Of a stretch of 64,000 bases of DNA, positions 28,652-37,057 are shown one piece after another (the stretch's first letter is position 1; each line of letters starts with the position of its first letter). This stretch comes from Myxococcales bacterium (GTDB taxonomy: Bacteria > Myxococcota_A > Polyangia > Polyangiales > Ga0077539). The stretch covers positions 4,221 to 68,220 of the forward strand of contig JAEUKI010000056.1 of the NCBI GenBank assembly GCA_016793325.1, written 5' to 3'. The position numbers and the translations under genes are program-made. The notes under the pieces are model-generated. The model searched no databases, was not told where the DNA came from, and was given only the letters and a program-made list of their open reading frames with translations.

Positions 28652-30568
28652 CTACTCGAGCAGGTGAGCCACGCTCATGAGCGCGATGATGACGCCGAGC
28701 AGCGACTCGCCGGCGATGATGCCGGACGCGACGGGGATCGTGTACGTCTCGGCCTTCTTCTCGTTGTAGCGAGAGAACGCGTACGCGAGCAGCGCGCCGA
28801 TGAACATGCTCACGGAGTTCCACGCGGGGATCACGAGGGCGAGGCCGACGCCCATCGCGCTCGGGAGGTACTTCTTGTGCTTGGGAAACGCGAGCTCGAG
28901 CAGCGGCAGGACGATGCCGATGATCCCGCCGATCAACATGCCCCAGCGCGCCGTGGGATGCAGCGAGTGGACGCCGTGCGAGAGCGCCTCGGCGACGCCC
29001 TTCCACACCTGCGCGGCGGGCGCTGGAAAGCGATCACCGCCGAGCGCCGCCGGCGTCGGCACGAGCACATAGAACAGCGGAACGATCACGAGCGTCCCGA
29101 CGAACGTCCCCGAGAACTGCGCGAGAAACTGCCGACGCGGGTTGGCGCCGAGCAGGTAGCCGCTCTTCAAATCCGTGAGCAAATCTGCAGCGCTTCCCGC
29201 GGCGCCCGCGGTGATGCTCGCCGTGAGCAGGTTGGTCGTGACGTTGGCCGGCGCGAGCACTCCGTACGTGAGCTGCGTGATCTTGCCCATCGCGCCGACG
29301 GGCGTCGTGTCGGTCTCTCCCGTCGCGCGGCACGCGACGATCGCGAGGACGAACGAGAGAAGCACCGCGATGATCGAGAGCCACGGCGCGATTCCGAACC
29401 CGAGCCAGCCGACGATCACGAGGCCGATCGTCGCGAAGAGCATGCCCGCGCCGAACCACGAGTTGGGCACTTCGATCGCCGCCATTTGATCCTTCTCGGT
29501 GATCTCGCTTCCTTCGCGGTACGGGGCACCCTCGCCCGCCTTCGTCTTTCGTCCGCCGAAGCCGCTGAAGGCTCGGAGGATCGTGCGCCACTGCAGCGCG
29601 AAGGTGAGCAAGCCCGAGGTGACCATCAACGCGGCGCCGGGCCACAGCGACCACGAGACGATTCCGCGGTACGAAATGCGGGTGATTCCGCCCATCGCGT
29701 GGATCTTCGGCGCGAGGTAGCCGTAGTTGAGCAGCGCCGCGGCCAGCATCGACGCGGTCGTGCGAAGGCCCATCATCGCGCCCGCCGCGACCATGATGAG
29801 CGACCCTTCGAAGCCGATCGTCCACGTGAGCGCGGGTTGTCCCGCGATCGTGAGCTTCGGAATCCCGAAGGTCGCCGGGATCTTCGAGAGCTTCGTCAAG
29901 ATCCCGAGGACGCCGGCCTTGTTGACCGCGTGCGCGTCGCGGAGCCACGCGACGACAGCGCCCACGCCCATCGCAGCGAAGAGCGCGCGAGCCTTCTTCG
30001 CGGACTCTTCACCGGCAGAATACAGAGATCGAAGCGTCTCGGCTGCGGCCGTTCCGCTCGGAAACTGAAGCTGCTCGACGTTGATCATCTGGCGCTTCAT
30101 CGGGATGGCCATCACGGTCCCGAGCACCGCGAGCAAGAACGTCCACGCTACGAGCAGCGGCCACGGCATGTGCGATCCCTTCACGAGCAGGTACGCGCAC
30201 ATGGCGGAGACCATCGTTCCACCGGTGGAATAGCCCGCAGAAGACGCGGTCGACGCCATCGCGTTGTTCTCGAGGATCGACAGGTTGCTCTTGAACAACC
30301 CGATCGCTTGCAGTCCTCGCCCGAGCGCAAACGACAAGATGCACGCGGTGATCGCGACGCCCAAGCCCCAGCCGGTCTTAAGACCAACGTACAGGTTGGA
30401 CGCCGCCATCACGACGCCGATCACCGAGCCCATCACGAAGGACCGCAGCGTGAACTGCGGCATCGTGTCGCCCTGGTAGACGGTCTTGAACCAGTGCGCC
30501 TCTGGGTCGACGCCGTCGGGAACAGTCTGTTTGCCAGCCGCAGCAGTCTCTGCGCTCTCGATGTGCAT
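28652..30568 (-). CDS. OPT-family oligopeptide transporter
   Basis: 638 aa polytopic protein with OPT signatures (NLYVGLKTGW, GYSTGG, ANPRRQFLAQ). Confidence 0.85.
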   Translation of the reverse strand: MHIESAETAAAGKQTVPDGVDPEAHWFKTVYQGDTMPQFTLRSFVMGSVIGVVMAASNLYVGLKTGWGLGVAITACILSFALGRGLQAIGLFKSNLSILENNAMASTASSAGYSTGGTMVSAMCAYLLVKGSHMPWPLLVAWTFLLAVLGTVMAIPMKRQMINVEQLQFPSGTAAAETLRSLYSAGEESAKKARALFAAMGVGAVVAWLRDAHAVNKAGVLGILTKLSKIPATFGIPKLTIAGQPALTWTIGFEGSLIMVAAGAMMGLRTTASMLAAALLNYGYLAPKIHAMGGITRISYRGIVSWSLWPGAALMVTSGLLTFALQWRTILRAFSGFGGRKTKAGEGAPYREGSEITEKDQMAAIEVPNSWFGAGMLFATIGLVIVGWLGFGIAPWLSIIAVLLSFVLAIVACRATGETDTTPVGAMGKITQLTYGVLAPANVTTNLLTASITAGAAGSAADLLTDLKSGYLLGANPRRQFLAQFSGTFVGTLVIVPLFYVLVPTPAALGGDRFPAPAAQVWKGVAEALSHGVHSLHPTARWGMLIGGIIGIVLPLLELAFPKHKKYLPSAMGVGLALVIPAWNSVSMFIGALLAYAFSRYNEKKAETYTIPVASGIIAGESLLGVIIALMSVAHLLE

Positions 30569-30736
30569 GAGGTGCGCGAGCGTACCAGAGCGCGAATCCG
30601 CCCACGCCTACGGACATCGCCGAAGAAGCGCGCTCGGAGCGGTCACGAGGGTTGACTTAGTAACATACTGCAACTAAGTCCCCGGGCGTCGCTGGGACTA
30701 TGCTCCCGCGGCCATCGAAGGAGGCGCCGAGCAGCC

Positions 30737-33265
30737 ATGAACGAGAGGGATATCAGCCGAGAGCGCGTACGAGAGAGGGATCTCGTGCTCGCCCCCAACG
30801 AGTTCGCGTTCATCTCCGACGAGACGAAGGGAAACATCAACGTCTACGTCGGCCCCCACAAAACAAGCCTCGCGAACACCGATCAGCCCGTGGTGTTCGA
30901 CTACGAGACCAAGCGCTTCAAGCGCGTCACGCTCGAGCAAGCGATCGGCGTGCTCGCGGTCGCGCCCGAGGGCTGGTATCTCGTGCTCAAGAACCCCGCG
31001 CGAGACAGCTCGCACCCGAGGACGGGCGCGCTCAACAACCTCCCCGAGCTCGACGTCGGTCGAAAAGTGAACACGCCCGGCCCGGTGTCGTACGCGCTCT
31101 GGCCGGGGCAGATGGTGAAGGTCGTTCCGGGGCACAGCCTGCGGTCCAACCAGTACTTGCTCGTGCGCGTGTACGACGAGGAGGCCGCGAAGACGAACTG
31201 GGCGAAGGCGGTGATCAAGCGCCAGACCGCGCCAGGGACGGACCCCGTCGCAGAGGGCTCCGAGCAGGGCGTCTTCGATCCGAGCAAGAACGTGCCCGAG
31301 CTCACGATGGGCAAGCACCTCGTGATCCGCGGGACGGACGTGTCGTTCTACATTCCTCCGACGGGCGTCGAGGTCGTCGCGGACGAGCAGGGCAAGTACG
31401 TCCGCGACGCGGCGACGCTCGAGCGGCTCGAGTACACGATCCTGCTCGATGAGGACGGAAACAAGCGGTTCATTCAGGGTCCCGCGGTCGTGTTTCCGAG
31501 GCCGACCGAGACGTTCATCGAGCGCAACGGGAGCCGAAAGTTTCGTGCGATCGAGCTGACCGAGATCGCCGGCGTCTACGTGAAGGTCATCGCGCCCTAC
31601 GAAGAGAACGGCCGCGCGTACAAGGTCGGCGACGAGCTGTTCATCACGGGCCGCGAGCAGATGATCTACTTCCCTCGCCCCGAGCACGCGCTCATTCGCT
31701 ACGGCGGACGCGAGATCCACTATGGCATCGCGATCCCTGCCGGCGAAGCGCGGTACGTCCTCGACCGCACCCAGGGAAACATTCGCCTCGAGCGCGGACC
31801 GACGGTGTTTCTCCCGGACCCGCGCCGCGAGGTGATCGTCCGCAAGGTGCTCGATCCCAAGACGGTCGACCTGTTGTTTCCCGGCAACAAGGACGCGCTC
31901 GAGTACAACGCGAGGCTGTCGGCGCTCAAGCGCTCGGAGGCCGGCAACGAGTTCGTGATCGACGACGAAGCGCGGCAGGTCGCGCAGCGCTCGCGCGACA
32001 TGGCCGCGCCCGAGAAGAGCAAGGCAGAGGCCGCGTTCGTCGGCGACGCCGTCACACGAAATCAAACGTTCACCCCGCCGCGGACGATCGTCCTCGACAA
32101 TCGCTTCGAGGGAGCCGTCTCGATCGACCTGTGGACGGGCTACGCGGTCCTCGTGAAATCCCGCTCGGGAAAGCGACGCGTCGAGGTCGGCCCCACGGTG
32201 TTTCTGCTCGAGTACGACGAGAACCTCCAGGCGATGGAGCTCTCGACGGGCACGCCCAAGTCCGACGACAAGGTCATGCGCACCGCGTACCTGCGCGTGA
32301 AGAACAACAAAGTGAGCGACCTCGTCGAGGCCGAGACGTCGGACCTCGTCCGAGTCCACATGCGCCTCTCGTATCGGGTCGACTTCGAGGGCGACGCGTC
32401 GCAGTGGTTCGGCGTCGAAAACTACGTCAAATTCCTCACCGATCACCTGCGGTCGCTCTTGCGTCACGCGGTCAAGCAGCACGGCGTCGAGCCGTTCTAC
32501 GGCAACGCGGTGAGCATCATCCGCGACGTGATCCTCGGCCCGCAGGGCGAAGACGGAAAGCGACCCGGCCGGCGCTTCACCGAGAACGGGATGCGCGTCT
32601 ACGACGTCGAGGTGCTCGGCGTCTCGATCGGCGACGAGGCCATCGCGAAGCTCCTCGTCGAAGCGCAGCACGCGTCCGTGCAGCAAGCGCTCGCGGTCGC
32701 GAGCGAGCGACGGCGCCTCGAGCTCACGCGAGCCCGTGAGTCCGCGCGGCAAGAGTCTGCGGCGCTCGAGTCGCAGACCAAAGTGCAGCTCCTCGAGATC
32801 GAAGGGCGCGAGGTCGAGCGCAAGCACGCCGTCGAGCTCGCGCGGATCAAGGCCGAGTCCGACACGCGCGAAAACCGCCACAAAGCCGAGGTTGCGCTTC
32901 AGTCGTTGCTCGACGCGGTGTCCGCGGCGCAGCTCGCGCGCGAGCGAGCGCGGGCGCAGTTCGACGACGAGGTCGCGCGGGCCGAGCTCGATCGAACGGT
33001 GCGCGAGCTCGACGCGCAAGTGCGCGCGACGGCGGAGAAAGCCAAGGCGTTTACGCCCGATCTCGTGGCGGCGCTGCAGGCGTTCGGCGATCGCGCGCTC
33101 GCGGCGAAGATGGCCGAGAGCATGGCCCCGCTCGCGATCCTCGGCGGAGAGAGCGTGGCGGACGTCCTGCGTCGGCTGCTCGAAGGGACGTCGGTCGCCG
33201 ATGTCCTCGCGAAGGTCACCGCGAAATCCGAGGCTCGCGCGTTGCCCGAGGGCTCGAACTCGTAG
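30737..33265 (+). CDS. Major vault protein (MVP)-like protein: N-terminal MVP repeats + shoulder (SPFH-like) + long C-terminal coiled coil
   Basis: Strong SD aaggagg before ATG. At least 5 tandem ~55-aa repeats with the MVP-repeat GP core (VYVGPHKTSL; NTPGPVSYALWPGQMV cf. MVP GPxSFxLxPGE; IQGPAVVFPRP; ERGPTVFLPDP; EVGPTVFLLEY). ~150-aa heptad-rich cap-helix-like C-terminus. Size 842 aa (MVP ~850-900 aa). Confidence 0.75.
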   Translation: MNERDISRERVRERDLVLAPNEFAFISDETKGNINVYVGPHKTSLANTDQPVVFDYETKRFKRVTLEQAIGVLAVAPEGWYLVLKNPARDSSHPRTGALNNLPELDVGRKVNTPGPVSYALWPGQMVKVVPGHSLRSNQYLLVRVYDEEAAKTNWAKAVIKRQTAPGTDPVAEGSEQGVFDPSKNVPELTMGKHLVIRGTDVSFYIPPTGVEVVADEQGKYVRDAATLERLEYTILLDEDGNKRFIQGPAVVFPRPTETFIERNGSRKFRAIELTEIAGVYVKVIAPYEENGRAYKVGDELFITGREQMIYFPRPEHALIRYGGREIHYGIAIPAGEARYVLDRTQGNIRLERGPTVFLPDPRREVIVRKVLDPKTVDLLFPGNKDALEYNARLSALKRSEAGNEFVIDDEARQVAQRSRDMAAPEKSKAEAAFVGDAVTRNQTFTPPRTIVLDNRFEGAVSIDLWTGYAVLVKSRSGKRRVEVGPTVFLLEYDENLQAMELSTGTPKSDDKVMRTAYLRVKNNKVSDLVEAETSDLVRVHMRLSYRVDFEGDASQWFGVENYVKFLTDHLRSLLRHAVKQHGVEPFYGNAVSIIRDVILGPQGEDGKRPGRRFTENGMRVYDVEVLGVSIGDEAIAKLLVEAQHASVQQALAVASERRRLELTRARESARQESAALESQTKVQLLEIEGREVERKHAVELARIKAESDTRENRHKAEVALQSLLDAVSAAQLARERARAQFDDEVARAELDRTVRELDAQVRATAEKAKAFTPDLVAALQAFGDRALAAKMAESMAPLAILGGESVADVLRRLLEGTSVADVLAKVTAKSEARALPEGSNS

Positions 33266-33361
33266 CCGCCAACCGCGGCCGACGCGCGAGAAAGGCGCGT
33301 GAATCGGGCACCGCCGCGGGCGCGACGAGGTGGGTGGCGCGCGTGCGGTGATTCTGCGACG

Positions 33362-35053
33362 ATGAACCGCGTGAGACGATGGCGTTCGCGCGCGGACAAC
33401 GCGTGGTTGGCTGCATGGGCCTTCGCGGTGGGACTCGCGACGGTGAGCGTCAACGCTCCGCGGGACGCGCTCGCGCAAGAGTGCCGACGCATGTGTCTCG
33501 TCGGCGAGGTGCGCGACGCAAACGGCTGTTGCGGACCGGCCGCGACCGCTCCGCCGACGGTGCGCTGCCCCGCGGGCACATCGTGGAACGAGTCGCAGCG
33601 CGCGTGCGTCGGCCGCCGCGTGTGTCCGTCGGGCTCGCATCCCGAGGGCAGCCGTTGCGTCGCGGACGCGGTCGCTTGCCCGCCGGGCACCGATCGACGC
33701 GATGGGCAGTGTGTCCTGCAAATTTCCTGTCCAACCGGCAGTCGACTCGAGGGCTCGCGCTGCGTGAGCGACGTCACGTGCCCCGCGGGGACGACGTTGA
33801 CCAACGGAGCGTGCGTCTCGCAAGACGTCACCTGCCCGTCGGGCACAACGCGACGCCCCGAAGGCGGCTGCGTCGCCACGCCCACGTGCCCCACCGGAAC
33901 GAACTTCGTCGAAGGCCGCGGCTGCGTCGCGCCGCTCGTCTGCCCGCCGCTCACCCACGTCGACGGCGATCACTGCGCGCCCGATCACGTGTGCGTCGAG
34001 GGCGAGCAGTGGATCGACGGCGCGTGCCGCTCGGTGTGCGCTTCGATTACGCATTCGCGTTGGGACGGCGAGCGGCGCTCGTGCGTATGCAACGAGGGCT
34101 TTCGCGCCGAGGGAGGCCAGTGCACCGCGGTCAGCGCGCGATGCCCAGAGGGATCGCACACCGAGGGCTCGCAGTGCGTCGCCGACGTCGTGTGCCCCGA
34201 TGGCTACCGCTATCAAGCGGGGCGCGGGTGCATCGATCCGCTCGCCGAGGCGCGCGCGGCTGCCGAGCGCATCGCTGGCCAGCGTGAGGATGCCGCGCGA
34301 CGCGAGCAGCTCCGCCGCGAAGAAGAAGAGCGACGCGTGACGCGATGGGGACGCGGACCGGGCGTGCAGCTGTCAGCGGGCGGCGGGTTTCAATTCGTCT
34401 ACATGCCCAACGCGTACGCGGCCGGTCAACCGACGAGCCCCACGGCTGTCGAAGCGAGATCCACAGCGCAAGCCGCGTGGTTGAACGGCGTCGTGACTGG
34501 GACCGCGTCGGTGATCGTCAACGACTTCTCGCTCTCCGTCGTATACACGTGGGGACCTGGGAGCACGTGGCAAACGCCGTCGCCGTCGGGCTTCGGAGTC
34601 GGCGACTCGAGGCCGTGCCCCAATCCGTCGCAGCCGACTTCATCTGCGCAGCGTTCGGACGGTGGTTGGTGCGTACAGACCGTTCCGATGCACGTCCTGA
34701 TGCTCGACGTCGGGCAGCAAGGCGTCGGTCCGAGGCACGCGTGGCGCATCGGGCTCGGCGCGGGGTGGGAGTTCGGAAGCGGCGCCCTCGCGTCGCAGCT
34801 CAGCTATCGCTCGACCATCAAGCTCGTGGCTGGGCTCTTTCTCGCCGTGGATGTCCGCGCGTTGTTCTTCGTCCGGCTGCTCGAGAACAACGTCACGCAG
34901 ATGAACTCGGTGATCAGCCGCGAAGTGCTTCAGACGCCCGCTGGATTCGATCGCGACGTCGAGCTCCCTGGCCTCGCGCGCGTCCAAGCGGGAACGCCTC
35001 CCGTCGGCGTCGGCGGCGCGCTGACGCTCTCGCTCGGCTACTCGATTCACTGA
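33362..35053 (+). CDS. Secreted Cys-rich repeat protein (~10 tandem CPxGT...C modules) with distinct C-terminal domain
   Basis: Signal peptide MNRVRRWRSRADNAWLAAWAFAVGLATVSVNA. Repeats RCPAGTSW..C, VCPSGSHPEGSRC, ACPPGTDRRDGQC, SCPTGSRLEGSRC, TCPAGTTLTNGAC, TCPSGTTRRPEGGC, TCPTGTNFVEGRGC. Confidence 0.6.
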   Translation: MNRVRRWRSRADNAWLAAWAFAVGLATVSVNAPRDALAQECRRMCLVGEVRDANGCCGPAATAPPTVRCPAGTSWNESQRACVGRRVCPSGSHPEGSRCVADAVACPPGTDRRDGQCVLQISCPTGSRLEGSRCVSDVTCPAGTTLTNGACVSQDVTCPSGTTRRPEGGCVATPTCPTGTNFVEGRGCVAPLVCPPLTHVDGDHCAPDHVCVEGEQWIDGACRSVCASITHSRWDGERRSCVCNEGFRAEGGQCTAVSARCPEGSHTEGSQCVADVVCPDGYRYQAGRGCIDPLAEARAAAERIAGQREDAARREQLRREEEERRVTRWGRGPGVQLSAGGGFQFVYMPNAYAAGQPTSPTAVEARSTAQAAWLNGVVTGTASVIVNDFSLSVVYTWGPGSTWQTPSPSGFGVGDSRPCPNPSQPTSSAQRSDGGWCVQTVPMHVLMLDVGQQGVGPRHAWRIGLGAGWEFGSGALASQLSYRSTIKLVAGLFLAVDVRALFFVRLLENNVTQMNSVISREVLQTPAGFDRDVELPGLARVQAGTPPVGVGGALTLSLGYSIH

Positions 35054-35056
35054 CCG

Positions 35057-37057
35057 TCAGCTGACGGTCTTGACGCAGCGGAAGCCCACGTTTTCAAGAA
35101 GCAGTCGCTCGGCCGGCGAGCACGCGGCGCTCGCGCAACCAGCGTTGCGATACAGCAGACCCGCGGGCGCCGCGGTTCCTGCTGGGAGCGTCTCGCGCAA
35201 CGGCAGGCCACGGACCGTTCGATAGGGCTGCTGCCAGTTGGGCGTGCGCCCGTCGTCGTCGCGAAAGCTCGACGAGGTCCACTCTTGTCCGTTCGTCGCG
35301 AGCCCGGCGATCTCGTCTTGAACGGTGTCTGCCGCGAACGACCCCGCCGGCAACAGTCGCCCTGCGCCGCCCGCGAACGCAGGGAGCCCCGCGGGCGCTG
35401 GGCCATCCCACGGCTCGACGCGAGGTTGCCCGCGGCGACCCGCAAATTCCCACTGTTCTTCGGTGGGAAGCGAGCCCCCGATCGCCGCGCAATACGCCGT
35501 CGCGCTCGACCACGCGACGTTCACCGCGGGAAGCGCCGCGCGCGCCTCGGGCAGCGACGGAACCCACGGTGGGATCATCAGCCTGTGCTCGTGGTTCGAC
35601 TCGCTCCACGCCTCGTACTCGCCGAACGTGACCTCGCGCTTCATGATCCGAAACGCGGGACCCGAGAACTGCACGTGCGCGCTCGGAAGAAAGCCTCCGC
35701 GCGTGTCCGTCTCTGCCGCGCGACCGAGCGTCACGGGCGCAGCGGGCGCGGCGACGAGCGCCCAGCGCGTCGGGTCTTCGGGCGGCGGAGTCCACACCGC
35801 GCGCGGGCTCGAGGCGTCCGAGCCGGCAGCGACCACGGCGCCAGCGTCGGCCGCAGCGTCGAGCGCGGCGTTGCGGCGCTTCACCCAGAGGGCGCCGACG
35901 ACGGAGCCGCCGACGGCGACGACGAGAAACACGCCCACAAAAACAAGCCACGATCGCGATCCGCCCTCTTGATCGTGGTCGTGATCATCGTCGGATTCTT
36001 CGGGCGCGTCGGACCTGCGCGCCGTCGATTTGCGAAGCTCCTCGACGGGCGTCTCGACCGTCTCGGTGTCGTTCGCCTCCGAGCCGCTTGATTGTTTGTG
36101 TCCCCACGGCCCCGCGAGGTCGGGCACGGCGACGATGGGCCTCGAGACGCCCGTCGTTCGACGCGGTCGAATGTGCTCTTCGAGCGCTTGTTCGACCGCC
36201 TCGAGCAACGCGGCGACGGTGTCGTACCGTTGGTCGCGGTGCATCGCGAAGGCCTTCTCGAACACGGGGTCGAGCGACGGCCCGAGGTCGGCGCGGAGCG
36301 CAGCGAGCTTGGGGCGCGTCGGGTCCAAGATCTTTCCGATGACCTCTTGATAGGTCGAGCCGTCGAACGCCGCGCGCTGCGCGAGCATCTCGAAGAGCAC
36401 CGCGGCCATCGCGAAGATGTCCGTGCGTCGGTCGATGCTGCGGACGTCGCCGAGCACCTGCTCGGGGGACATGTACTGAATCGAGCCGATGATCTTTCCG
36501 ACCTCGGTGCGGCCGAGCGAGTGCGAGCTGTCCTTGCCCAAGATCCTGGCGACGCCGAAGTCGAGGACCTTGACCATCACGGCGGGCGATCCGATGCCCT
36601 GCACCATGATGTTCTCGGGCTTCAAATCGCGGTGGACGATGTTCTTCTGGTGCGCCGCGAGCACGCCCGCGCACGCCTGACGAAACACCGAGAGCGCTTC
36701 GTCCGCGGACAGAAGCCTTCGCTCCTCGGAAGCACGATCGAGGACCTTGCGCAGCGGCTCGCCCTCGACGAACTCGCTGACGAGGTACGGAACGCCGTGG
36801 TCCTCGCCGAATTCTAGGAGCGCCACGACGTTGGGGTGCGAGAGAGCGGCAGTGGCCTGGCCTTCTTGCCAGAAGCGACGCACGACCTCTTCGTTCGCGA
36901 GGTGCTGCTGGAGGAGAAATTTGACGGCGACGTGCCGCCCGAACGCCTTCGCGTCGGACGCGATCCACACCTCGCCGAACGCTCCCTCGCCGAGCTGCCG
37001 CTCGAGCGTGTAGCGCGTGGCGATGACGGCGCCTGTCTTTCGGTCAGCGTCAGCCAT
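35057..37057 (-). CDS. Ser/Thr protein kinase fused via a TM helix to a C-terminal FGE-sulfatase (formylglycine-generating-enzyme-like) domain
   Basis: Start MADADRK (M81 of ORF). Kinase motifs GEGAFGEV, VAVK, HRDLKPEN, DFG. TM WLVFVGVFLVVAVGGSVVGALWV. C-terminal FGE-like motifs (REVTFGEYEAWS, NVAWSSATAYCAAIGGSLPTEEQWEFAGRRG, GFRCV). Confidence 0.85.
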   Translation of the reverse strand: MADADRKTGAVIATRYTLERQLGEGAFGEVWIASDAKAFGRHVAVKFLLQQHLANEEVVRRFWQEGQATAALSHPNVVALLEFGEDHGVPYLVSEFVEGEPLRKVLDRASEERRLLSADEALSVFRQACAGVLAAHQKNIVHRDLKPENIMVQGIGSPAVMVKVLDFGVARILGKDSSHSLGRTEVGKIIGSIQYMSPEQVLGDVRSIDRRTDIFAMAAVLFEMLAQRAAFDGSTYQEVIGKILDPTRPKLAALRADLGPSLDPVFEKAFAMHRDQRYDTVAALLEAVEQALEEHIRPRRTTGVSRPIVAVPDLAGPWGHKQSSGSEANDTETVETPVEELRKSTARRSDAPEESDDDHDHDQEGGSRSWLVFVGVFLVVAVGGSVVGALWVKRRNAALDAAADAGAVVAAGSDASSPRAVWTPPPEDPTRWALVAAPAAPVTLGRAAETDTRGGFLPSAHVQFSGPAFRIMKREVTFGEYEAWSESNHEHRLMIPPWVPSLPEARAALPAVNVAWSSATAYCAAIGGSLPTEEQWEFAGRRGQPRVEPWDGPAPAGLPAFAGGAGRLLPAGSFAADTVQDEIAGLATNGQEWTSSSFRDDDGRTPNWQQPYRTVRGLPLRETLPAGTAAPAGLLYRNAGCASAACSPAERLLLENVGFRCVKTVS

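Noticed and set aside
30698-34216. 1172-aa ORF on the minus strand antisense to the MVP-like and Cys-rich genes
   Set aside because: Extremely Arg/Ala/Gly-rich with no motifs. This is typical shadow ORF of a ~70% GC coding strand. The sense-strand genes have clear domain structure and an SD.
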